Shown here: in pieces, positions 1 to 13,631 of the stretch
Position numbering within the stretch: position 1 is the first letter of the stretch
Layout: every line of letters begins with the position of its first letter
Origin: Anthoceros angustus
Lineage: Eukaryota > Plantae > Anthocerotophyta
Length of the DNA: 64,000 bases
NCBI GenBank assembly: GCA_010909165.1
Contig: MU008169.1
Coordinates: forward strand, 620,001-684,000
Direction of reading: 5' to 3'
Translations under genes and position numbers: made by a program
Notes under the pieces: model-generated
Told to the model about the DNA's origin: nothing
Database searches by the model: none
The model's input: only the letters and a program-made list of their open reading frames with translations

Positions 1-190
1 CTCTACTCAAAGACTGCACTATCTCTATCATCGGACCTCGAGCTCCGAGTTGGTGCAGGGCGAGCTCAGGTACCACGATGGGTAGTGTTTGTGATGCTGT
101 GGGGACAACATCAGGGCAGAGAGCGGAGGGTTAAGTTAGTTTCTAAGAGGCATAAGTAGGCGGGAGCTTTGATGGTGGAGTATCAGCTTC

Positions 191-3100
191 TCATGCCCCT
201 TTCCTCACTTTTTTACCGATTCTGTGGCACGAAATGCTAACAGTTAAGATGCATACACGGCAAACTTGGCAGAAGTACAGACACTTGCAGAGAAAATGCA
301 TAGATGCATATGAAATGACCAACTTGCAACATTTGAGTACCTGAAGCAATGAATGCCGAGGGCAGAAGTGATATCATGAATAACACTTGAAGCAAAGTGC
401 AAGTACAACGCACCTGCACACAGAGACAAGACCAATTGTCTAGTTTCGGTTACGCTGATTCAGAGGCATTGAAATTTGGTACGTAGCATTGTGACAGACT
501 TACTTGTGTAAGAGGTGAAGGCCACCAACAGCCAGAACTCCTTTACAGGTTCCCTGCCAACATATTAATCACCCAGAAGTTAGCAAAGGCCTAGCATCAG
601 AGTGTAACGTTTGCTTTGAACCCACATGTACCAAAAGTGATTCATACCTGCCCTGAAGTCTTGCCGACAGAGCATTGGCAACGCAGAAAGGCAAAACCAG
701 CAATGACTGTAAAATGGAGAACCATCGTCATTAGGGCTAGTCCAGTGGAACTGCAGCAGAGAGAGATTCACCAAGTCATACCATATACATCCCTGTCTTC
801 AGGCCCTTGGGCTCGTCACACAAGTGAGCCAAAATGATCCTTCCCTGCGTACATGGTCCACCTCATCGACTGAAGCACTTGCACACCACTGACTTGCTGT
901 AAAGTGGAATGACACACTCCACGCTTTTACCAGAAAACGTCTATCAGCAACTAACTCTCCACAGTCACTTACCACAAGGTAGCCAAACGCTAACCCTGTT
1001 CCCAGCAAAACCAAATGAGGATGATTTCCCAGAATATCAGATGGAGATAACCAGCCCCTAGAATAAATTGCAGAAGATTGAGACATCAGAGAAATTGAAG
1101 AGGAACTGCATATTGTAGGTAGCATGACACATCTAATGGCACCAAAATGTTTAGCACAGCGCCTAACCAGATAGAAACTCCTCCCACCAGCAATATGAAG
1201 GGCACAAGCTGAAAAGGAAAACGAAAAAGTAGCTCATTAATGCCTGAGCTACATGAAAAAGAAACAAAAAAAAGAAAAGAAGGATCAGATCATTTGTTGG
1301 ACAAAGAAACCATAAGGAACTACATCACAGTGAACCACATGCTCACCATTGCAAAGGCAGGTACAATATTTCCCCTCTTTGAAGAAAGCACTTCCCGAAC
1401 ATTTGACACACTGCAGGAAAGCAGACACTCGAGTTCTTACAATACACTAAAGCGTTTTTCTCTACCAAAGATATTTCTTTGTTCCAGTGCTTGCAAATCT
1501 GCACATTTTGTTACAATCGAACTATAGTGTGCTTACCTGTACAGCACAGTGGGAGCAACAGCAAAAAGCATCATGCCAGCAATAACAACACGATTCAGCG
1601 GAACATCTGCCAAGGAGGAGGACACATTAGAATACAGCAGGTCCCAAGGACAAAAATTCATGGTTAGACATGAAATTCCTGGCAAGATGCCACACATCAG
1701 GAGCCATTGGGCACTGCCACCAACAGCCTCCCCTGGCCTGAGACCTCACTCAAAGCCTGATGCGAAATATGTGCGGACATACTGCATAAGTCATACAGAG
1801 CTGACATCATAATAGCATAGCACCTGGAAGAAATGGAGACCCAGTTGCTTGATGAACACTCTGCTTCCACCACTCAGGACCTGTAAAATTTGTTAGGCGG
1901 CTGGGATGCTCAAGTGGATCACTCAAAACCAAGCATCTGCTTAGAACACAGGGAGGAGAATAGTTGCATGCTTGTGAGACACGTACCGACAATAGCTGTA
2001 AAGAAATGTGTGAGATAAATGAGCATCAGCCCCTCTGTGGGACCGTTGATTTCGGGTAGTATAAGCGTGTTTGTGAAGAAGCTGCAGTACCAAAGAAGCA
2101 CTCTGAGATGTACTAACCTTGGAAGCTCACAAGCATCCCAGATGCTGTAGTACAAGCCACTACATTGCACATAATAGCCAGTGCATACCAGGGCTATGGT
2201 CTTTGAACATCCACTTACCTCTCCCAAGTAGCGGCAAAGAACGGTATGGTTGCAATCACATAGAACCAGAACGAACTCTTGCCGCATAGCATTGCTGAAC
2301 TAAATGCCATTGTCTCGAACTGATCACCAGATTGTCAGCACACCGGAGTCAGAGGCACATAACATAACACTTCAATGAACACCCCAAGCACAAGGACAAA
2401 ACAAGTCTTACCGCACATGTAAGGGCATCACAGCCTGACCACCGACAACCACCCAATCAATGACAGACATCAGTGGAATTAGAACATCTCTTTGACCATC
2501 GTTGCAGCAGCCAGGGAGAGAATGCTTTGCAAAACTGCTTCAGGCATGATGAAGGCTCTGCTAACCATGGTCGAAGAGCTCTCCCAGAGGGCTTGAAGAA
2601 TTTGTTCGCCTTGCTTGCTTCCCATCAACAGCATCAAATGTCTGAAGTTTTCAGCAATAGGCGAACATGAGAATGCACTCTGGGATGGAGACACAAGAAA
2701 AAACCTGCACTGCCTCCTGCATTGATTTGCTTACCTGATATAGAAACAACAAGAGACCGTGCAACAGGAAGACCCATCTTGGAGATGCTTCAGTGAGGTG
2801 GGGAGAAAAAACCTGAAAAACGATCGGTCAAAAGTGAGTATCCCAGGGAAGCACAACTAGACCAGGCTCAGTGCAACAATCAGCCAACAACCTCACTGCA
2901 GACACAACCACCATTCTTACATAGCTCAACAAAGCTGATGTGAGGACAAAAAGGAAGCCAATCAGCGTGATCTGCACCCATCAAACAAAACTGAACGTCA
3001 GCTCCAGACTAAACGACCAGGCCACTGCCCAGCAACTGCAGAACCAAACAGAGGCACAAAAGCTCACCATATTAGGCCTGTTCCAAAGCGCCACATGCAT

Positions 3101-3384
3101 CCCACCACGATCCAGAGTTAGAATTCCCGGTGGCAAGCCCCCAAACCCTACTCATCCCCACCCGTGATTCCACGACAGCACAGACACGATTTCTGTAGAC
3201 CTCAGCTCACAGGCAAGCAAATGCGAGCTGGGGGAGTGTAGACGCACGGCATCCAGAGCGGGAAGAGCTTGACAAAGCGGCTCCAGAAGGGCTGCATCAC
3301 GTATTTTGCCAGGTAGGAGCGATCGACGCCGCTGTACTTGTATCTGTGCAGCGCCTCGACGCCATGCTTCCCAATGTAGCCCAT
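191..3384 (-). CDS. AAPT: Aminoalcoholphosphotransferase (choline/ethanolamine phosphotransferase), multi-exon
   Basis: Exons read manually with GT-AG borders: 3384-3248 (MGYIGKHGVEALHRYKYSGVD...LWMP), 3077-3068 (10-nt microexon), 2971-2921, 2812-2735, and about 2641-2566 carrying the CDP-alcohol phosphotransferase motif DGKQARRTNSSSPLGELFDHG(CD). Later exons give FFTNTLILPEINGPTEG and VIHDITSALGIHCFR; last exon IGKKVRKGA* with stop at 191-193. Confidence 0.95.
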
Positions 3385-3831
3385 CCTGGAGACCGATTGA
3401 AGTCGGCCCTCCCCGCTCCCGCCCCCGCCAGCTCCGAGCTGCGTGCTGCTGCTACCGGGCGCCTTCGAATCTCCGCTGCTCCATTTACGGGGCAGATGAT
3501 TTGGCGTTCCTTGGCAGCGAAGAAGGGGCCGCCACTTGCTGCGCCTTGATTCATCCCCAGGGTTTAGTAACCGTGATTAGCTCGCGGCTCTAGATTGGCA
3601 ACCTCTCTCTCACTTCGTGGCAGGTTTTGGTGACAGCTCGGGCTTCGCATTGGACTGATCGACTGGGCAGCAATTTTGTCCCAACAGCCGGACATGGGGG
3701 ACAAGGAGTGCGATGGTTCATAAGGGATGACTACAGTTACAAATAGGGAGGAACGTGGTGTCACACTGTAGTGATCACAGCGAAGAAAATGTGGATTACA
3801 GCGTAAACTACAAAATATGCAGGAGCACGCG

Positions 3832-6474
3832 TCAAGCGAAAAGCTTGGTTGCGTGCAGCCTTTCCCAACTCTCTCCTTCAGTTCGGGCTCGCGTCTTGCT
3901 GAGGGTTCGCTGGAAGGACATCCATCCTTTGGCACGCTTCAGCAGTGCCTTGCCTGCCGGGCTTTTACCTAACGTCAGAATGCGGTCGTTGCCGTGAGAC
4001 AAGCTTCTCTTCAGGAAATCCACGCCAGGTGCGCATCCTGGAACGTACAGGTTCTCCTTGCCGGGACTCATGGGTTCGGCTGATGTCTGCACTTCGCCCA
4101 CAGTTGTGCGCTCCTCCTGCGGAACTGCGAAGCTGCTGGGAAGTCCTGTTGTGGCTGATCGCCTCAAAGAGCCGGATGTCTCGCCGCGGGTACCTAGAAT
4201 GGTCTGGGGCTCCTCCGGGTTCCTGTTGTCGGGGCAGATCTCGCTTTCGGGCACAGTCTTCTTGTGAACAGCATTGATGGCTGATGGGACATTTCTTGCT
4301 GGCTTGACGCTCTCCCTGCCTTTGTTGTTGTGAATCACATTCGAGTCTCGGACCTTGAGCTTGCAGGCTTCGGTTCCCTTCCTTGTTGCTGTGTCCCTGG
4401 AGGTTTGTCCGGCTGCTCCACTTGGTTGGCCCCCGCCGTTGCTGGATGCAGTCGGTTTCCTGTGGTTGGCTTGAACTCGCCCAGGTGGCAGAGGAAGCTC
4501 TCCTGCTTTGAAAGACGTAGGCTCGGGAGCTACAGTAGGGGGATTTACCTGGCTTGAGTCCGCACTCTTTCTTCGAGAAGGAAGGGCTGAGATCAGTGAT
4601 GGGAGGCTCTTCGCCGGCGATGAAGACCGGAGCCCGAAAGAAAGCCTTCTCAAGCCCATGCTCTCAGATGTGAAGTGTTGCCCTATCCACCCTTTCTTCT
4701 TTCCAAGAGAGTCGGACTTCGCGCTCTTGCTGGGCTTGGGATTCGGGACGAATGTCGGATTGGAGAACAGAACTACCTTGGATGTCTTGCCCTGCGAGAA
4801 GTTCCACGGTTGCTTGATCTCTGTCGCCTTCAGTGGAATAGTCTTCACTTCCAAGCTACCATCATGTAACACAATCTGCTCAATTTCAGACTCAGCCCGA
4901 CCAGAGGTTTCCCCAGCATAGACACTGGGGGCCTGGGCCGACATGGAACCTTCCGTCTTCTTGCTATCCGTAACTGACCGGGCTGGCGTTTCTCGAACTC
5001 CAGATACCTCATTGCTTCTCCTTGGTACAGAGATCTCAGCATCCTTCTTGAGCGATGTCGTTGACGTCACCTTCTTCTGGGCAGTGGGTCGCTTGATGTC
5101 TTTGGCCTTTGGGCAAACTTCCCTCCTTGCTGGAGAACTCGGAGGTTCTGAGCCTTCTGTCCTCTGAAGCTCAGGACTACGTGGTACGCTGACGATGTTG
5201 TTCTCCGGGGAGCCGTCGTAAGGAAACACAACTTTGAATCTGTGAGCCGCCTTGGTTGCGATCTTCTTCTCTGTCAAGTTCTTAGCCTGTGATCTTCGAA
5301 CTAGAACCTTCCTTGGCGCCGTGCCAGCTGCTGGTGCTCCACCCTTGATTGAAGAATCTTTCACTGCCGCCTTTTGTGGATCTTTCGTAGCTGTCGCTGC
5401 CTTCTCCTGTTCGAAGCATTTGTTCTCGTCCAGAGACTCCTCGACAATGCCGGCCATCTCCTTAGCATACTGGGTTGCGACAAGAATTTCTGAAACAGCT
5501 TGACGAACGGCTGCGGCGGGCTCTGACCACCGTCTCCAGTCGCCCTCTGATGACCAACAAACGCAATTCGTCGATCAGTTGGAGAGAAACAGATGTGCGG
5601 AGCATGGTAACCAATCAAGAGGGATTGCTGGGACTGCACCAGCGGGAGGGAGAGCCAAGATGTCGTGATCTTCAATCTTGAGGACATCCTTCATGCGAGG
5701 CAAGGGCTTTTTGCCTGCAAAAACTTTGAAGTGTAAGAACCGAGGACACTTGGCCAAATGTATTGCAACTTTCCGTACAAGCCAAAAAAATCAGTCCTAT
5801 TGACCAGCATGGCTGCTTTACCTCCGCGCATGTCGATCACTCCATGACTTTTCTGCAGGGCCCAAGGCGGCGGGCCTTCTTGCAGCCTACACCAAATATG
5901 AATTAATATCTATCTGTGGACGGCGGTGCGCCAGCCAGACTGGGAAAGCACCACCCTGTGCAGAAACTAAGAATTACCTTCTGGTGGAGTTCTTTCGTCT
6001 CACTAGCATATGCGACCTGTTCGGACCGGCGATTTGCCTGCTTTTTTCTTTTCCACTGTAACTTGCACCAAGGCAATTCCTGGTGGTGGTTATGTTCTGT
6101 TGCAACTCTTGAAGTTTGGCAACCACAAGATCAACCTGGCGAGTTTCCACAGGGTTTAGACAAGAAACAAGGGAATAAAAGTCCAGGGAAGGAAGCCAAA
6201 CATATTTCTGAAGTTTCTCCATTCCTTACCTTCTCAACTGCTTGCACTATCAGCGGGGATGCCATAGCCAGGCCCTGCTAGTGATCAATTCAAAGTGAGA
6301 AGAACAGATCAATTCAAAGTGAGAAGAAAAGACGCCAACAGACAATGCACAATACAGCTATTACTGGTTCCACGGCGTTCCTTCAAAAGGATTGGAGCTA
6401 TGACTTACCATGTTCTCGTCGCCTTCTGCACGTGGTGCCCGAATGATTTGACGGGAAGACGCTGGGGCTTGCAT
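3832..6474 (-). CDS. TAN1: TANGLED1-like microtubule-binding division-plane protein with long low-complexity C-terminus
   Basis: Phase-consistent spliced model: ...MASPLIVQAVEK | VDLVVAKLQELQQ (6135-5978) | RLQEGPP...RG | EGDWRRWSEPAAAVRQAVSEILVATQYAKEM (from 5546) running into the 541-aa ORF. Resembles TAN1 motifs as I recall them ([48 protein letters not shown] vs KVVLFSNPTF here). Start ATG at 6474 is tentative; 6265 is an alternative. Confidence 0.8.
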
Positions 6475-7261
6475 GTGATCTTAACTGGTAAAGCTTACGA
6501 ACAGATGGCGAATCGCGTCAACAACGATAGGGAATCGGAAACCACATAGTCTTCCGGGCAGCAAAAGACTTCTTGATCTCCTGATGTCCTTGACAACCTC
6601 TCCCCGAGCTGTCGCTCAGTTATTGTAAATAGAGGAGGGTCGCTGGTTAGTTTCGGGGGTGAGGAACCTCACTACCAATGCGGCAGGCGAAGTTTCACAC
6701 AGTGACCTGCAGGAATCTTCATCAGTCCAATTGCTAACCCCGAATCACACCATCACAACCCGAACAACATTCTAATAGCAGAGGAAATGCAAGAGAGTGA
6801 CTCACACGAGCAGGCACTGTCAGATCGAAGGCAAATCTGAAGCCACAAAGTGCAGCTCATCCCTGCACGCCTTCCCCGAATCCTTCTTGAAGAAAATAGA
6901 TTACAGATAGATATGGATGACAGGCAGGAGTCGCATCCTAAGCTTCTAAAGGGAGCAGGTAACGGTCAAATGCCGAGAAGTAACCAGTTGGAGCTGGATC
7001 CAGAGATGCAGCTGGACCGGACACTCTGCGGCGGAGAGCATCCATCCAAGACCGCACACACCTCCGGCCGCTTCCTTCCATCCGAATCCACGCTCTCTTC
7101 CTGCAGTTTCTTGGACGCGGAGTAGAAGAGCATACAGAACAACACGAACCGGACCTCGCACTGCGTTCTTGACCTGTTGCTTCCCAGGGCAGGATCTTTC
7201 ATCATGTCACCACAACAGCATCCCACCCGAGCACGGGAACTCCTCAGCGCAACAATCTTGA

Positions 7262-7343
7262 GAGCAGCCGCAGCGCAGCGCAGCAGCAGCAGCAGCAGCA
7301 GCGGGGCGTAGCAGGAGCAGGAGCAGCAGCGGCAGCGGCAGCA
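7262..7343. repeat. (GCA)n/(GCAGGA)n microsatellite in a GC-rich putative promoter/5' region of TAN1
   Basis: gcagcagcagcagcagcagca...gcaggagcaggagcagcagcggcagcggcagcag seen directly. Confidence 0.8.
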
Positions 7344-7951
7344 GAAGAGGAATAAGACGGAGGGGAGGAAAATGGCGAGAGCAGGACAGATCTGACGAGG
7401 GCAAGGCCACCACTATTCCCGCCTGGAAGATGCCGTGCACAGTGCCGCTGGTAGTGTGTCCATATCCGGCCAGCCCGGGAGCGGGTGTTGGGAAATCGAT
7501 GGAGACGCCGCCGTTCCCGCACAGTGTGCCGCGGATTGCAGCCCGAAATTGCAGCTCTCGTGGCGCATGCGGACCCTCGCCTCCCCCACCAATGCCGCAT
7601 TTGAACGGGACGTGACACCACGCCGCGATGTGACCGTTGGTCAGGGAGCGCCAGCGCCACCACGGTCCCACCCACCACGTACGCTTCCACTTCAAACGTC
7701 CGGCCTCCGGACCCGAATCCCGTTCTGCCGTTCCGTTTCTTCCCTTCCATTTCGCTCTCCTGCTCAGAGGTAGAAGATTTACTTAAATGGGCAGGGCTGG
7801 GATTGGAGATAGCACTTTTTTCGTTTGACAATATCCTCCAGCATATAAAGGGTAGTTGGCCCCAACAACGTCCGTAGCTGAGCTATAACTATTGTTACAT
7901 ACACATAGTGCACAATATAGAGTTGGCTCTCGTTTTGATAAGGATAGGATC

Positions 7952-8891
7952 GATGGTGGTAGTAATGGAGAGGTCAAGAGCAGTGACGGTACGTGTAGCG
8001 AGAGGGAAGGTGGGGGTAATGGATATCTTATCGGGCAATGAAATGGAAAGCTTTGATTCGGAAGAGGAGAGCGAGGGGAATTTGTTTAGAATTGATTCAG
8101 AGGAAGTGTCCACATGCGTTCACCGCAAGAATTAGAGATATTTCGATCCAATCTTAACATGCTTATGCATCCAATAGTAGAGGCTGAAGAAAGATTATCC
8201 TACATCGACTACTTGATGAAATTGGGCACAACATATGTGGAGAGGAATCTATGCAACTAGACGCTAGAGACGAGCTTGCAGGAAAAGTGTGTAAGAATTG
8301 TGGAAGAGTACATGCCGGTCGTGTTTGTAGCTCTCAAATATAACATTACGTCTGAGGGCATGAAAAAGACTACCTTGAAGCAGCATGTAGACTGGCGAGT
8401 GTGCGCTTTGTGCCAAGACTTGGTTTCCGATGCACTAGAGTTTTGGGTCCCTTATAAGACCAACGGAACCCGTTTCAGTATAGTTGTGCAGCGTACATGC
8501 AAGGCAATACCGCATGTAAACTTGATGCGTGAGTGCAAATGAATGGTGCATTTCTATGCAGGATGGCTCTTCTTCCACTTGGATAGTACTACACCCAAAG
8601 AGTTTTGCCAACATATGATGCTCTGCACATCTCGGACCATCATGGAGCATAAGGATTGTAGATTGTGCCGGCTCGAAATCTCAGCACCGAAAGAAGAAAC
8701 TTGGAAAACCATTCATACAAAAACACATTTTTAATCTACTTATGGAGAATTGTTCCAACGTGCCTTACCATGTGGAAAAGTGCAAGGTGATGGTGGATAA
8801 ATATGTATTTCCCTTCATTCAGGCAAATCTTGTCACCTTTTTAAATATAGACTCTCTTTGTTCCAAGGTAGTAATGGGAACTTGTCGCTAG
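7952..8891 (+). pseudogene. Decayed duplicate of the saposin-B-domain gene at 13895-14887
   Basis: QEKCVRIVEEYMPVVFVALK (vs QKCVGMVEEYMPNVFVALK), VCALCQDL, TTPKEFCQ, DCRLC and terminal MGTCR* (vs MGACP*). In-frame stops (e.g. TGA about 8540) and AT-shifted codons. The 5' limit is approximate. Confidence 0.85.
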
Positions 8892-9250
8892 TAAGGCTAT
8901 ATGATAATATAAAAATTAGGTGAATCTATTTAATCATATTTTTTACTATATTATTTCACCATAGTATAGTGCAAAGAAGTTGAAAAAAAACCATATAAGA
9001 TTAGCAAACTTCTTATGAACCACAAAGAAACTTATCAAGCTTTAGCAAAATAGTATGTCAACTTAATTAAAAATTTTCTACATATCACTAATAAAGGCCT
9101 TAAAAATTTCATTATTCAACATAAGGCCTCGATCTTTTGGCCCATTGTACTGAAATTATGAATCTAAACTTAATATAATGCCTATGATGATACTCAATTG
9201 CTTCTTTTGCACCGGAAAAGTAGCTTTGCTAAAGTAGAGCCTAGAAGCTA

Positions 9251-9328
9251 GCTCAAGATAGGGAGACTTAAGGAAGATCTTGCCACCGGTAGCTCAAGAT
9301 AGGGAGACTTAAGAAAAATCTTGCCACC
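9251..9328. repeat. About 40-bp tandem duplication
   Basis: gctcaagatagggagacttaag(g/a)aa(g/a)atcttgccacc occurs twice. Confidence 0.85.
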
Positions 9329-9849
9329 TGAAAGCTGAATGATTTTAGCTTCCCTTAAAACAACTAAAGTATGAAATCTTGTTCGTACCATGCTGTATAT
9401 TTCTCATGTCTTATGTCACTTATGTTATTTGTAAGAATATTTCTTATTTACCACAGTATATAAACTTTATTATAAATCATTAAAATTAAATATTAAAATT
9501 AAAATTATATATCATTAAATATTCATTATAAATATTTTAAAATATGAATCAATAAATAATAATATAATAAAAAGCATAAAAATGTAGAAAAAACAAAGCT
9601 TCCATGACATAATACTATTTATGTCCACTCTTAGTGGAAATAAATATGAATATTGTTGTTGGTGTTGCTAGTATGGCATTCGTTTTGTTAATGAAAGGTC
9701 AGTTTAATCTTGTTTGGGAGCATATGTTTCGAGTTCAATCCTTGTTGCAAGCATATTCCAAAGTCGCAGGAAGTTGTTTGCAAACCAAACCTGCGAAGGA
9801 ACAATGTCAGATGGGGGACCTGACGAGGGATGATGAAGGAACAATGTCC

Positions 9850-12800
9850 CCCCCCGCCCTCCCCCCCCTAGGAATTGAAGACGGGGACATTGTTCCTTCG
9901 CAGGGACTTCGCGTCTTACGGATCTCCGTGGGACCTCCGGCCTTTATTCAGGGTTTTGTGGACGAGGCTTTGAAGGAGGACTTGGCCCATGTCGGCAACC
10001 TATCTGTATTGGGGGACCCTCAGGTGGCATTTGCCATCCTTTCGTACAGCTTCATAAGGACGGTGGCTCCCTCCCCAACTTTTCTATCAAGCCAGCGGAA
10101 TTTTGATCTATAGATTATGCAAGCACTTGGAGATATTATCGGGCCGGGACCTTCGAGTGTGCAGCAGGGGGCTTTACGCAGCGGGAGGCATCCCTTCCTA
10201 TCGCTTTTGGGGGCACAGGTCTGCTGGCCATGGAGGCCTCGGCGTCGGCAGCCTTCCTTAGGAGCTGGGCCCTCTCTGCCCCCGTCTTCACCGCTCGTTT
10301 CTTAATTCGGGATGTTTCTATCTTGGAGGCCTTCGTCTAGGGGTTAAGGAGGGGCCTTCCCTTTGCAGACTACCCTTAAGTTGGGAAGGGACTCCCTTTC
10401 CTCCGAGGCTCGGGCAGCCATGCCTCCGTTCTCGTTTTCGGAACGCCACGTGGCCTTCAAGCCTCTCTTCAATAGAAGCGGTATGGGCGCGATGGGCAAT
10501 CCTTGAGGACTCTTCTATTCCTCGGCTGCTCGTGTCCGCATCCACTCTTGCTCGGGGAAGGGAGTAGGCTCGGCTCGACTTGCATCATCGGACCAGCCTT
10601 TTTTTTCTGCGATTAGGTTCCGCTTTTGGGTTTGGTCCACCGCCTGTTCTCTCTCAACCTCCACCGTGGGGCCCCTCGACAACTCGGGGTCCCACGCTCG
10701 TTGTCAATTGGAGGCATCATATCGTTATGCATGAGGCCGTTCGGCGTCATATTCTCGGGCCAAGGAGAGTGGTTATTTTCCATATAGCGGCGTCCATGTA
10801 CCTTGCGCTATGGGTGTCGCCGGGCGGATCTATTTCGACTGAGGGAACTAAATCTCTATTGCAAATGTCAGAACGGACCCTACCGAACTCTATTTGTGAG
10901 CAAGTCATTATCAACCTCCGGGCTCGGCGGAGGGATGCACGATCGCCAAGGTACACAAGACTTGTGTACACACCTTTGCGACGGGCACGCCTTCATCCCT
11001 CGCCATTGAGACTCACGGGGCTGGGCCCTCTACGCCCCGTCTTCACCGCTCGTTTCTTAATTCGGGATGTTTCTATCTTGGAGGCCTTCGTCTAGGGGTT
11101 GGAGGCCTTCCCTTTGCAGACTACCCTTAAGTTGGGAAGGACTCCCTTTCCTCCGAGGCTCGGGCGCCATGCCTCCGTTTCCTCGTTTTGTGGGCAACTC
11201 ATTAGCCTTCAAGCCTCTCTTCAATAGAAGCGGTATGGCGGTAGCGATGGGCAATCCTTCGGGACTCTTCTATTCCTCGGCTGCTCGTGTCCGCATCCAC
11301 TCTTGCTCGGGGAAGGGAGTAGGCTCGGCTCGACTTGCATCATCGGACCAGCCTTTTTTTTCTGCGATTAGGTTCCGCTTTTGGTTTGGTCCACCGCCTG
11401 TTCTCTCTCAACCTCCACCGTGGGGCCCCTCGACAACTCGGGGTCCCACGCTCGTTGTCAATTGGAGGCATCATATCGTTATGCATGAGGCCGTTCGGCG
11501 TCATATTCTCGGGCCAAGGAGAGTGGTTATTTTCCATATAGCGAGCGTCCATGTACCTTGCGCTATGGGTGTCGCCGGGCGGATCTATTTCGACTGAGGG
11601 AACTAAATCTCTATTGCAAATGTCAGAACGGACCCTACCCAGAACTCTATTTGTGAGCAAGTCATTATCAACCCTCCGGGCTCGGCGGAGGGATGCACGA
11701 CTGCCAAGGTACACAAGACTTGTGTACACACCTTTGCAGGACGGGCACGCCTTCATCCCTCGCCATTGAGACTCACGGGGCTGGGCCCTCTACGCCCCGT
11801 CTTCACCGCTCGTTTCTTAATTCGGGATGTTTCTATCTTGGAGGCCTTCGTCTAGGGGTTAAGGAGGGGCCTTCCCTTTGCAGACTACCCTTAAGTTGGG
11901 AAGGGACTCCCTTTCCTCCGAGGCTCGGGCAGCCATGCCTCCCGTTTCCTCGTTTTCCGTGGGACGGCTACGTGGCCTTCAAGCCTCTCTTCAATAGAAG
12001 CAGTATGGGCAGGCGCAGTGGGCAATCCTTCAGGACTCTTCTATTCCTCGGCCTGTTCGTGTCCGCATCCACTCTTGCTCAGGGAAGGGAGTAGGCTCCT
12101 GGCTTCTGGCTCGACTTGCATCCAGGCATTCCGAATTGCACCAGCTTTTTTTTTACTGCGATTAGGTTCCGCCTGGGTTTGGTCCAGCCTCTGGCCTGTT
12201 CTCTCTCAACCTCCAGCCGTGGGGCCCCCTCGACAACTCAGGGTCCCACCTGGCTCGTTGTCCAATTGGAGGGCATCATATCGTTATGCATGAGGCCGTT
12301 CGCGACGTCATATTCTCAGTGGCCAAGGAGAGTGGTTATTTTCCATATAGCGAGCGTCCATGTACCTTGCGCTATGGGGTGTCGCTCGGGGCGGATCTAT
12401 TTCTGACCTGAGGGAACTAAATCTCTATTGCAAATGTCGTCGTAACGGACCCTACCCAGAACTCTATTTGTGAGCAAGTCATTATCAACCCTCCGGGCTC
12501 GGCGGCGGAGGGATGCACGACTGCCAAGGTACACAAGACTTGTGTACACACCTTTGCAGGACGGGCACGCCTTCATCCCCTCGCCATTGAGACTCACGGG
12601 GCTCTGGGCAAGGATTTTTCCTGGCTCATTAAGGATTGTGCTAAAGCCTACCACAATCATCAGAATGAAGTGGGTCTCCCTCTTTCCTCAATGGTAGCTT
12701 TCTTTTGACAGCGGGTATCCAGTGCCCTGTAGAGGGTGTTGGCCAACGCTATTTACAAGACGGCAACGAGCACAAGAGACATGACATCATCGACACCAAT

Positions 12801-12968
12801 TGTAGGTAGACCTTTCCTCATCTCGAACCACGACATAATCGGGATGGTAGGTAGCTTTAGGGTTGGCATTCATAGGGACTAGCCTCCCTGGCTCTTGGCC
12901 CTTTTAGTGGGTTGTCCCCCTCGGTTTGGGGCAGATGAGTTTTCCCAATCTCTTCTTTTTAATAAAGT
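9850..12968 (+). mobile_element. Decayed 5'-truncated CRE/Zepp-like non-LTR retrotransposon (restriction-like endonuclease type) with an internal ~760-bp triplication
   Basis: GLRVLRISVGPPAF...LGDPQVAFAIL (post-RT region), ARVRIHSCSGKG, GHAFIPLAIETHG and a QRVSSAL*R-like end, then a T-rich 3' UTR ending in AATAAA. Units start about 10263, 11020 and 11780. Many frameshifts. Confidence 0.75.
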
Positions 12969-13631
12969 CTTCATTGAATATGTATAAAGCATGAGGTCTG
13001 AAGATTGTCAACCACAGTTTGAATTGTTGCTAGCCCTGCTGCAATTCCAATACGTTATCTTAGCATTTTTCCGATGCACTCCTAAATGAATCACCCATCG
13101 CAGCGTCTCGCCCATGTTCCATGTGTTGGTTTTCGAAGGTCAAGGACAACTTGTTGTTGAACATGGCTCTCCAGGATGGCATCTGAGTGTCCTGAGTGCT
13201 GACCTCCTTTCACATTATAAGAGTGCACCTGCCTGCATATTTCTACCTTAAGACAGAGCGTGCAGAGGTCTTCATAAGACAAGCAAAAGTGATATGCTCA
13301 GTCATAGTGGAGGTCTTCATAAGACAAGCAAAAGTGACATGATCATCTTTCCATGCAGAAACTTGTGGAAAACTTGTGTGGATCTGTTAGCTCCCCATAT
13401 TCCGCATGCTGGTTTGGGTTAGAATGTCTCCGACCTCTCAGCTACAGCAACAGCAATTGCTCCCATACCCTGACCGGCCACCGATCTGAACGAAAATAAT
13501 CTGATTCAGAGCAGCTTGCGGGGGGAGGGAGCAGGCTATGTATGTAAAAATTTGCTAAATCCATGTGCCATGAGCATGGGAACTTGGGAATACCATGGCC
13601 TGCCACAGCCGTCCAATCCGGCAAATTGGAA

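Noticed and set aside
6966-7831. ORFs of 86-195 aa upstream of TAN1
   Set aside because: GC-rich, microsatellite-containing promoter/UTR-like DNA; no recognisable domain. A uORF or extra 5' exon cannot be excluded.
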